Below are positions 49,235 through 61,200 of a stretch of 64,000 bases of DNA, in pieces. The notes under the pieces were generated by a model. The model worked only from the letters and a program-made list of their open reading frames with translations. It made no database searches and was not told the origin of the DNA. The DNA comes from Heptranchias perlo (taxonomy: Eukaryota): NCBI RefSeq assembly GCF_035084215.1, contig NW_027139264.1, forward strand, positions 1 to 64,000, read 5' to 3'. Made by a program: the position numbers and the translations under genes. Position 1 is the first letter of the stretch, and every line of letters starts with the position of its first letter.

Positions 49235-52200
49235 GGTAAATCTATCGGTGTTCACCGAGAGAGGGGATTAGGGTAAATCTATCGGTGTTCACCGAGAGAG
49301 GGGATTAGGGTAAATCTATCGGTGTTCACCGAGAGAGGGGATTGGGGTAAATCTATCGGTGTTCACCGAGAGAGGGGATTAGGGTAAATCTATCGGTGTT
49401 CACCGAGAGAGGGGATTAGGGTAAATCTATCGGTGTTCACCGAGAGAGGGGATTAGGGTCAATCTATCGGTGTTCACCGAGAGAGGGGATTAGGGTAAAT
49501 CTATCGGTGTTTACCAGGAGAGAGGGGATTAGTGTAAATCTATCGGTGTTCACCGAGAGAGGGGATTAGGGTAAATCTATCGGTGTTCACCGAGAGAGGG
49601 GATTAGGGTAAATCTATCGGTGTTCACCGAGAGAGGGGATTCGGGTAAATCTATCGGTGTTCAGCGAGAGAGGGGATTAGGGTAAATCTATCGGTGTTTA
49701 ACAGGAGAGAGAGGATTAGGGTAAATCTATCGGTGTTCACCGAGAGAGGGGATTAGGGTAAATCTATCGGTGTTCAGCGAGAGAGGGGATTAGGGTAAAT
49801 CTATTGGTGTTTACCGAGAGAGTGGATTAGGGTAAATCTATCGGTGTTTACCAGGAGAGGGGATTAGGGTAAATCTATCGGTGTTCACCGAGAGAGGGGA
49901 TTAGGGTAAATCTATCGGTGTTCAGCGAGAGAGGGGATGAGGGTAAATCTATTGGTGTTTACCGAGAGAGGGGATTAGGGTAAATCTAATGGTGTTCACC
50001 GAGAGAGTGGAATGGGTAAATCTATCGGTGTTTACCAGGAGAGGGGATTAGGGTAAATCTATCGGTGTTCACCAGGAGAGAGGGGATTGGGGTAAATCTA
50101 TCGGTGTTCACCAGGAGAGAGGGGATTAGGGTAAATCAATCGGTGTTTACTGAGAGAGGGGATTAGGGTAAATCTATCGGTGTTCACCGAGAGAGGGGAT
50201 TAGGGTAAATCTATCGGAGTTCACCGAGAGAGGGGATGAGGGTAAATCTATCGCTGTTTACCGAGAGAGGGGATTAGGGTAAATCTATCGGTGTTCACCA
50301 GGAGAGGGGATTAGTGTAAATCTATCGGTGTTTACCGAGAGAGGGGATTAGAATCTATCGGTGTTTACCGAGAGAGGGGATTAGGGTAAATCTATCGGTG
50401 TTTATCAGGAGAGAGGGGATTAGGGTAAATCTATCGGTGTTTACCGAGAGAGGGGATTGGGGTAAATCTATCGGTGTTGACCGAGAGAGGGGATTAGGGT
50501 AAATCTATCGGTGTTTACTGAGAGAGGGGATTAGGGTAAATCTATCGGTGTTTACCGAGAGAGGGGATTAGGGTAAATCTATCGGTGTTCACCGAGAGAG
50601 GGGATTGGGGTAAATCTATCGGTGTTTACCGAGAGAGGGGATTAGGGTAAATCTATCGGTGTTTACCGAGAGAGGGGATAAGGGTAAATCTATCGGTGTT
50701 TATCAGGAGAGAGGGGATTAGGGTAAATCTATCGGTGTTTACCGAGAGAGGGGATTAGGGTAAATCTATCGGTGTTTACCGAGAGAGGGGATTAGGGTAA
50801 ATCTATCGGTGTTTACCGAGAGAGGGGATTAGGGTAAATCTATCGGTGTTTACTGAGAGAGGGGATTAGGGTAAATCTATCGGTGTTTACCGAGAGAGGG
50901 GATTAGAATCTATCGGTGTTTACCGAGAGAGGGGATTGGGGTAAATCTATCGGTGTTCACCGAGAGAAGGGATTGGGGTAAATCTATCGGTGTCTACCGA
51001 GAGAGGTGATTAGGGTAAATCTATCGGTGTTTACCGAGAGAGGGGATTGGGGTAAATCTATCGGTGTTTACCGAGAGAGGGGATTAGGGTAAATCTATCG
51101 GTGTTTACCGAGAGAGGGGATTAGGGTAAATCTATCGGTGTTTACCAGGAGAGGGGATGAGGGTAAATCTATCGATGTTTACCGAGAGAGGGGATTAGTG
51201 TTAATCTATCGGTGTTTACCAGGAGAGGGGATTAGGGTAAATCTATCGGTGTTTACCGAGAGAGGGGACTAGGGTAAATCTATCGGTGTTTACCAGGAGA
51301 GAGGGGATTAGGGTAAATCTATCGGTGTTCACCGAGAGAGGGGATTAGGGTAAATCTGTCGGTGTTTTCCGAGAGAGGGGATTACGGTAAATCTATCGGT
51401 GTTCACCGAGAGAGGGGATTAGGGTAAATCTATCGGTGTTCACCAGGAGAGAGGGGATTAGGGTAAATCTATCGGTGTTTACCGAGAGAGGGGATTGGGG
51501 TAAATCTATCGGTGTTTACCGAGAGAGGGGATTTGGGTAAATCTATCGGTGTTTACCAGGAGAGAGGGGATTAGGGTAAATCTATCGGTGTTTACCGAGA
51601 GAGGGGATTCGGTTAAATCTATCGGTGTTTACCGAGAGAGGGGATTAGGGTAAATCTATCGGTGTTTACCAGGAGAGAGGGGATTGGGGTAAATCTATCG
51701 GTGTTTACCAGGAGAGAGGGGATTTGGGTCAATCTATCGGTGTTTACCGAGAGAGGGGATTAGGGTAAATCTATCAATGTTTACCGAGAGAGGGGAATGG
51801 GGTAAATCTATCAGTGTTTACCGAGAGAGGGGATTGGGGTAAATCTACCGGTGTTCACCGAGAGAGGGGATTAGGGTAAATCTATCAGTGTTTACCGAGA
51901 GAGGGGATTAGGGTAAAACTATCAGTGTTTACCGAGAGAGGGGATTAGGGTAAATCTATCGGTGTTCACCGAGAGAGGGGATTGGGGTAAATCTATCGGT
52001 GTTCACTGAGAGAGGGGATTAGGGTAAATCTATCGGTGTTCACCGAGAGAGGGGATTAGGTTAAATCTATCGGTGTTTACCGAGAGAGGGGATTAGGGTA
52101 AATCTATCGGTGTTCACCGAGAGAGGGGATTAGGGTAACTCTATCGGTGTTCACCGAGAGAGGGGATTAGGGTAAATCTATCGGTGTTCACCGAGAGAGG

Positions 52201-55200
52201 GGATTAGGGTAAATCTATCGGTGTTCACCGAGAGAGGGGATTAGGGTAAATCTATCGGTGTTCACCGAGAGAGGGGATTAGAGTCAATCTATCGGTGTTC
52301 ACCGAGAGAGGGGATTAGGGTAACTCTATCGGTGTTCACCGAGAGAGGGGATTAGGGTAAATCTATCGTTGTTCACCGAGAGAGGGGATTAGGGTAAATC
52401 TATCGGTGTTCACCGAGAGAGGGGATTAGGGTAAATCTATCGGTGTTCACCGAGAGAGGGGATTAGGGTCAATCTATCGGTGTTCACCGAGAGAGGGGAT
52501 TAGGGTAAATCTATCGGTGTTCACCGAGAGAGGGGATTAGGGTAAATCTATCGGTGTTCACCGAGAGAGGGGATTAGGGTAAATCTATCGGTGTTCACCG
52601 AGAGAGGGGATTAGGGTAAATCTATCGCTGTTCAGCGAGAGAGGGGATTAGGGTAAATCTATCGGTGTTTAACAGGAGAGAGAGGATTAGGGTAAATCTA
52701 TCGGTGTTCACCGAGAGAGGGAATTAGGGTAAATCTATCGGTGTTCAGCGAGAGAGGGGATTAGGGTAAATCTATTGGTGTTTACCGAGAGAGGGGATTA
52801 GGGTAAATCTAATGGTGTTTACCGAGAGAGTGGATTAGGGTAAATCTATCGGTGTTTACCAGGAGAGGGGATTAGGGTAAATCTATTGGTGTTTACCGAG
52901 AGAGTGGATTAGGGTAAATCTATCGGTGTTTACCAGGAGAGGGGATTAGGGTAAATCTATCGGTGTTCACCGAGAGAGGGGATTAGGGTAAATCTATCGG
53001 TGTTCAGCGAGAGAGGGGATTAGGGTAAATCTATTGGTGTTTACCGAGAGAGGGGATTAGGGTAAATCTAATGGTGTTCACCGAGAGAGTGGAATGGGTA
53101 AATCTATCGGTGTTTACCAGGAGAGGGGATTAGGGTAAATCTATCGGTGTTCACCAGGAGAGAGGGGATTGGGGTAAATCTATCGGTGTTCACCAGGAGA
53201 GAGGGGATTAGGGTAAATCAATCGGTGTTTACTGAGAGAGGGGATTAGGGTAAATCTATCGGTGTTCACCGAGAGAGGGGATTAGGGTAAATCTATCGGA
53301 GTTCACCGAGAGAGGGGATTAGGGTAAATCTATCGCTGTTTACCGAGAGAGGGGATTAGGGTAAATCTATCGGTGTTCACCAGGAGAGAGGGGATTAGTG
53401 TAAATCTATCGGTGTTTACCGAGAGAGGGGATTAGGGTAAATCTATCGGTGTTTATCAGGAGAGAGGGGATTAGGGTAAATCTATCGGTGTTTACCGAGA
53501 GAGGGGATTGGGGTAAATCTATCGGTGTTTACCGAGAGAGGGGATTAGAATCTATCGGTGTTTGCCGAGAGAGGGGATCAGGGTAAATCTATCGGTGTTT
53601 ACCGAGAGAGGGGATTAGAATCTATCGGTGTTTACCGAGAGAGGGGATTAGGGTAAATCTATCGGTGTTCACCGAGAGAGGGGATTAGGGTAAATCTATC
53701 GGTGTTTACCGAGAGAGGGGATTAGGGTAAATCTATCGGTGTTTACCAGGAGAGAGGGGATTAGGGTAAATCTATCGGTGTTTACCGAGAGAGGGGATTG
53801 GGGTAAATCTATCGGTGTTTACCAGGAGAGAGGGGATTAGGGTAAATCTATCGGTGTTTACCGAGAGAGGGGATTAGGGTAAATCTATCGGTGTTTACCG
53901 AGAGAGGGGATTAGGGTAAATCTATCAGTGTTCACCGAGAGAGGGGTTAGGGTAAATCTATCGGTGTTTACCGAGAGAGGGGATTAGGGTAAATCTATCG
54001 GTGTTTACCGAGAGAGGGGTTTGGGGTAAATCTATCGGTGTTTACCGAGAGAGGGGATTAGAATCTATCGGTGTTTACCGAGAGAGGGGATTCGGGTAAA
54101 TCTATCGGTGTTCACCGAGAGAAGGGATTGGGGTAAATCTATCGGTGTTTACCGAGAGAGGTGATTAGGGTAAATCTATCGGTGTTTACCGAGAGAGGGG
54201 ATTGGGGTAAATCTATCGGTGTTTACCGAGAGAGGGGATTAGGGTAAATCTATCGGTGTTTACCGAGAGAGGGGATTAGGGTAAATCTATCGGTGTTTAC
54301 CAGGAGAGGGGATTAGGGTAAATCTATCGATGTTTACCGAGAGAGGAGATCAGGGTAAATCTATCGGTGTTTACCGAGAGAGGGGATTGGGGTAAATCTA
54401 TCGGTGTTTACCGAGAGAGGGGATTAGAATCTATCGGTGTTTGCCGAGAGAGGGGATCAGGGTAAATCTATCGGTGTTTACCGAGAGAGGGGATTGGGGT
54501 AAATCTATCGGTGTTTACCGAGAGAGGGGATTTGGGTAAATCTATCGGTGTTTACCAGGAGAGAGGGGATTAGGGTAAATCTATCGGTGTTTACCGAGAG
54601 AGGGGATTCGGTTAAATCTATCGGTGTTTACCGAGAGAGGGGATTAGGGTAAATCTATCGGTGTTTACCAGGAGAGAGGGGATTGGGGTAAATCTATCGG
54701 TGTTTACCAGGAGAGAGGGGATTTGGGTCAATCTATCGGTGTTTACCGAGAGAGGGGATTAGGGTAAATCTATCAATGTTTACCGAGAGAGGGGAATGGG
54801 GTAAATCTATCAGTGTTTACCGAGAGAGGGGATTGGGGTAAATCTACCGGTGTTCACCGAGAGAGGGGATTAGGGTAAATCTATCAGTGTTTACCGAGAG
54901 AGGGGATTAGGGTAAAACTATCAGTGTTTACCGAGAGAGGGGATTAGGGTAAATCTATCGGTGTTCACCGAGAGAGGGGATTGGGGTAAATCTATCGGTG
55001 TTCACTGAGAGAGGGGATTAGGGTAAATCTATCGGTGTTCACCGAGAGAGGGGATTAGGTTAAATCTATCGGTGTTTACCGAGAGAGGGGATTAGGGTAA
55101 ATCTATCGGTGTTCACCGAGAGAGGGGATTAGGGTAACTCTATCGGTGTTCACCGAGAGAGGGGATTAGGGTAAATCTATCGGTGTTCACCGAGAGAGGG

Positions 55201-58200
55201 GATTAGGGTAAATCTATCGGTGTTCACCGAGAGAGGGGATTAGGGTAAATCTATCGGTGTTCACCGAGAGAGGGGATTAGGGTCAATCTATCGGTGTTCA
55301 CCGAGAGAGGGGATTAGGGTAACTCTATCGGTGTTCACCGAGAGAGGGGATTAGGGTAAATCTATCGTTGTTCACCGAGAGAGGGGATTAGGGTAAATCT
55401 ATCGGTGTTCACCGAGAGAGGGGATTAGGGTAAATCTATCGGTGTTCACCGAGAGAGGGGATTAGGGTCAATCTATCGGTGTTCACCGAGAGAGGGGATT
55501 AGGGTAAATCTATCGGTGTTTACCAGGAGAGAGGGGATTAGTGTAAATCTATCGGTGTTCACCGAGAGAGGGGATTAGGGTAAATCTATCGGTGTTCACC
55601 GAGAGAGGGGATTAGGGTAAATCTATCGGTGTTCACCGAGAGAGGGGATTAGGGTAAATCTATCGCTGTTCAGCGAGAGAGGGGATTAGGGTAAATCTAT
55701 CGGTGTTTAACAGGAGAGAGAGGATTAGGGTAAATCTATCGGTGTTCACCGAGAGAGGGAATTAGGGTAAATCTATCGGTGTTCAGCGAGAGAGGGGATT
55801 AGGGTAAATCTATTGGTGTTTACCGAGAGAGGGGATTAGGGTAAATCTAATGGTGTTTACCGAGAGAGTGGATTAGGGTAAATCTATCGGTGTTTACCAG
55901 GAGAGGGGATTAGGGTAAATCTATTGGTGTTTACCGAGAGAGTGGATTAGGGTAAATCTATCGGTGTTTACCAGGAGAGGGGATTAGGGTAAATCTATCG
56001 GTGTTCACCGAGAGAGGGGATTAGGGTAAATCTATCGGTGTTCAGCGAGAGAGGGGATTAGGGTAAATCTATTGGTGTTTACCGAGAGAGGGGATTAGGG
56101 TAAATCTAATGGTGTTCACCGAGAGAGTGGAATGGGTAAATCTATCGGTGTTTACCAGGAGAGGGGATTAGGGTAAATCTATCGGTGTTCACCAGGAGAG
56201 AGGGGATTGGGGTAAATCTATCGGTGTTCACCAGGAGAGAGGGGATTAGGGTAAATCAATCGGTGTTTACTGAGAGAGGGGATTAGGGTAAATCTATCGG
56301 TGTTCACCGAGAGAGGGGATTAGGGTAAATCTATCGGAGTTCACCGAGAGAGGGGATTAGGGTAAATCTATCGCTGTTTACCGAGAGAGGGGATTAGGGT
56401 AAATCTATCGGTGTTCACCAGGAGAGAGGGGATTAGTGTAAATCTATCGGTGTTTACCGAGAGAGGGGATTAGGGTAAATCTATCGGTGTTTATCAGGAG
56501 AGAGGGGATTAGGGTAAATCTATCGGTGTTTACCGAGAGAGGGGATTGGGGTAAATCTATCGGTGTTTACCGAGAGAGGGGATTAGAATCTATCGGTGTT
56601 TGCCGAGAGAGGGGATCAGGGTAAATCTATCGGTGTTTACCGAGAGAGGGGATTAGAATCTATCGGTGTTTACCGAGAGAGGGGATTAGGGTAAATCTAT
56701 CGGTGTTCACCGAGAGAGGGGATTAGGGTAAATCTATCGGTGTTTACCGAGAGAGGGGATTAGGGTAAATCTATCGGTGTTTACCAGGAGAGAGGGGATT
56801 AGGGTAAATCTATCGGTGTTTACCGAGAGAGGGGATTGGGGTAAATCTATCGGTGTTTACCAGGAGAGAGGGGATTAGGGTAAATCTATCGGTGTTTACC
56901 GAGAGAGGGGATTAGGGTAAATCTATCGGTGTTTACCGAGAGAGGGGATTAGGGTAAATCTATCAGTGTTCACCGAGAGAGGGGTTAGGGTAAATCTATC
57001 GGTGTTTACCGAGAGAGGGGATTAGGGTAAATCTATCGGTGTTTACCGAGAGAGGGGTTTGGGGTAAATCTATCGGTGTTTACCGAGAGAGGGGATTAGA
57101 ATCTATCGGTGTTTACCGAGAGAGGGGATTCGGGTAAATCTATCGGTGTTCACCGAGAGAAGGGATTGGGGTAAATCTATCGGTGTTTACCGAGAGAGGT
57201 GATTAGGGTAAATCTATCGGTGTTTACCGAGAGAGGGGATTGGGGTAAATCTATCGGTGTTTACCGAGAGAGGGGATTAGGGTAAATCTATCGGTGTTTA
57301 CCGAGAGAGGGGATTAGGGTAAATCTATCGGTGTTTACCAGGAGAGGGGATTAGGGTAAATCTATCGATGTTTACCGAGAGAGGGGATCAGGGTAAATCT
57401 ATCGGTGTTTACCAGGAGAGGGGATTAAGGTAAATCTATCGGTGTTTACCGAGAGAGGGGATTAGGGTAAATCTATCGGTGTTTACCAGGAGAGAGGGGA
57501 TTAGGGTAAATCTATCGGTGTTCACCGAGAGAGGGGATTAGGGTAAATCTGTTGGTGTTTACCGAGAGAGGGGATTACGGTAAATCTATCGGTGTTTACC
57601 GAGAGAGGGGATTAGAATCTATCGGTGTTTGCCGAGAGAGGGGATCAGGGTAAATCTATCGGTGTTTACCGAGAGAGGGGATTGGGGTAAATCTATCGGT
57701 GTTTACCGAGAGAGGGGATTTGGGTAAATCTATCGGTGTTTACCAGGAGAGAGGGGATTAGGGTAAATCTATCGGTGTTTACCGAGAGAGGGGATTCGGT
57801 TAAATCTATCGGTGTTTACCGAGAGAGGGGATTAGGGTAAATCTATCGGTGTTTACCAGGAGAGAGGGGATTGGGGTAAATCTATCGGTGTTTACCAGGA
57901 GAGAGGGGATTTGGGTCAATCTATCGGTGTTTACCGAGAGAGGGGATTAGGGTAAATCTATCAATGTTTACCGAGAGAGGGGAATGGGGTAAATCTATCA
58001 GTGTTTACCGAGAGAGGGGATTGGGGTAAATCTACCGGTGTTCACCGAGAGAGGGGATTAGGGTAAATCTATCAGTGTTTACCGAGAGAGGGGATTAGGG
58101 TAAAACTATCAGTGTTTACCGAGAGAGGGGATTAGGGTAAATCTATCGGTGTTCACCGAGAGAGGGGATTGGGGTAAATCTATCGGTGTTCACTGAGAGA

Positions 58201-61200
58201 GGGGATTAGGGTAAATCTATCGGTGTTCACCGAGAGAGGGGATTAGGTTAAATCTATCGGTGTTTACCGAGAGAGGGGATTAGGGTAAATCTATCGGTGT
58301 TCACCGAGAGAGGGGATTAGGGTAACTCTATCGGTGTTCACCGAGAGAGGGGATTAGGGTAAATCTATCGGTGTTCACCGAGAGAGGGGATTAGGGTAAA
58401 TCTATCGGTGTTCACCGAGAGAGGGGATTAGGGTAAATCTATCGGTGTTCACCGAGAGAGGGGATTAGGGTCAATCTATCGGTGTTCACCGAGAGAGGGG
58501 ATTAGGGTAACTCTATCGGTGTTCACCGAGAGAGGGGATTAGGGTAAATCTATCGTTGTTCACCGAGAGAGGGGATTAGGGTAAATCTATCGGTGTTCAC
58601 CGAGAGAGGGGATTAGGGTAAATCTATCGGTGTTCACCGAGAGAGGGGATTAGGGTCAATCTATCGGTGTTCACCGAGAGAGGGGATTAGGGTAAATCTA
58701 TCGGTGTTTACCAGGAGAGAGGGGATTAGTGTAAATCTATCGGTGTTCACCGAGAGAGGGGATTAGGGTAAATCTATCGGTGTTCACCGAGAGAGGGGAT
58801 TAGGGTAAATCTATCGGTGTTCACCGAGAGAGGGGATTAGGGTAAATCTATCGCTGTTCAGCGAGAGAGGGGATTAGGGTAAATCTATCGGTGTTTAACA
58901 GGAGAGAGAGGATTAGGGTAAATCTATCGGTGTTCACCGAGAGAGGGAATTAGGGTAAATCTATCGGTGTTCAGCGAGAGAGGGGATTAGGGTAAATCTA
59001 TTGGTGTTTACCGAGAGAGGGGATTAGGGTAAATCTAATGGTGTTTACCGAGAGAGTGGATTAGGGTAAATCTATCGGTGTTTACCAGGAGAGGGGATTA
59101 GGGTAAATCTATTGGTGTTTACCGAGAGAGTGGATTAGGGTAAATCTATCGGTGTTTACCAGGAGAGGGGATTAGGGTAAATCTATCGGTGTTCACCGAG
59201 AGAGGGGATTAGGGTAAATCTATCGGTGTTCAGCGAGAGAGGGGATTAGGGTAAATCTATTGGTGTTTACCGAGAGAGGGGATTAGGGTAAATCTAATGG
59301 TGTTCACCGAGAGAGTGGAATGGGTAAATCTATCGGTGTTTACCAGGAGAGGGGATTAGGGTAAATCTATCGGTGTTCACCAGGAGAGAGGGGATTGGGG
59401 TAAATCTATCGGTGTTCACCAGGAGAGAGGGGATTAGGGTAAATCAATCGGTGTTTACTGAGAGAGGGGATTAGGGTAAATCTATCGGTGTTCACCGAGA
59501 GAGGGGATTAGGGTAAATCTATCGGAGTTCACCGAGAGAGGGGATTAGGGTAAATCTATCGCTGTTTACCGAGAGAGGGGATTAGGGTAAATCTATCGGT
59601 GTTCACCAGGAGAGAGGGGATTAGTGTAAATCTATCGGTGTTTACCGAGAGAGGGGATTAGGGTAAATCTATCGGTGTTTATCAGGAGAGAGGGGATTAG
59701 GGTAAATCTATCGGTGTTTACCGAGAGAGGGGATTGGGGTAAATCTATCGGTGTTTACCGAGAGAGGGGATTAGAATCTATCGGTGTTTGCCGAGAGAGG
59801 GGATCAGGGTAAATCTATCGGTGTTTACCGAGAGAGGGGATTAGAATCTATCGGTGTTTACCGAGAGAGGGGATTAGGGTAAATCTATCGGTGTTCACCG
59901 AGAGAGGGGATTAGGGTAAATCTATCGGTGTTTACCGAGAGAGGGGATTAGGGTAAATCTATCGGTGTTTACCAGGAGAGAGGGGATTAGGGTAAATCTA
60001 TCGGTGTTTACCGAGAGAGGGGATTGGGGTAAATCTATCGGTGTTTACCAGGAGAGAGGGGATTAGGGTAAATCTATCGGTGTTTACCGAGAGAGGGGAT
60101 TAGGGTAAATCTATCGGTGTTTACCGAGAGAGGGGATTAGGGTAAATCTATCAGTGTTCACCGAGAGAGGGGTTAGGGTAAATCTATCGGTGTTTACCGA
60201 GAGAGGGGATTAGGGTAAATCTATCGGTGTTTACCGAGAGAGGGGTTTGGGGTAAATCTATCGGTGTTTACCGAGAGAGGGGATTAGAATCTATCGGTGT
60301 TTACCGAGAGAGGGGATTCGGGTAAATCTATCGGTGTTCACCGAGAGAAGGGATTGGGGTAAATCTATCGGTGTTTACCGAGAGAGGTGATTAGGGTAAA
60401 TCTATCGGTGTTTACCGAGAGAGGGGATTGGGGTAAATCTATCGGTGTTTACCGAGAGAGGGGATTAGGGTAAATCTATCGGTGTTTACCGAGAGAGGGG
60501 ATTAGGGTAAATCTATCGGTGTTTACCAGGAGAGGGGATTAGGGTAAATCTATCGATGTTTACCGAGAGAGGGGATCAGGGTAAATCTATCGGTGTTTAC
60601 CAGGAGAGGGGATTAAGGTAAATCTATCGGTGTTTACCGAGAGAGGGGATTAGGGTAAATCTATCGGTGTTTACCAGGAGAGAGGGGATTAGGGTAAATC
60701 TATCGGTGTTCACCGAGAGAGGGGATTAGGGTAAATCTGTTGGTGTTTACCGAGAGAGGGGATTACGGTAAATCTATCGGTGTTCACCGAGAGAGGGGAT
60801 TAGGGTAAATCTATCGGTGTTCACCAGGAGAGAGGGGATTAGGGTAAATCTATCGGTGTTTACCGAGAGAGGGGATTGGGGTAAATCTACCGGTGTTTAC
60901 CGAGAGAGGGGATTGGGGTAAATCTATCGGTGTTTACCAGGAGAGAGGGGATTAGGGTAAATCTATCGGTGTTTACCGAGAGAGGGGATTCGGTTAAATC
61001 TATCGGTGTTTACCGAGAGAGGGGATTGGGGTAAATCTATCGGTGTTTACCGAGAGAGGGGATTGGGGTAAATCTATCGGTGTTTACCAGGAGAGGGGAT
61101 TAGGGTAAATCTATCGGTGTTCACCGAGAGAGGGGATTAGGGTAAATCTATCGGTGTTCAGCGAGAGAGGGGATTAGGGTAAATCTATTGGTGTTTACCG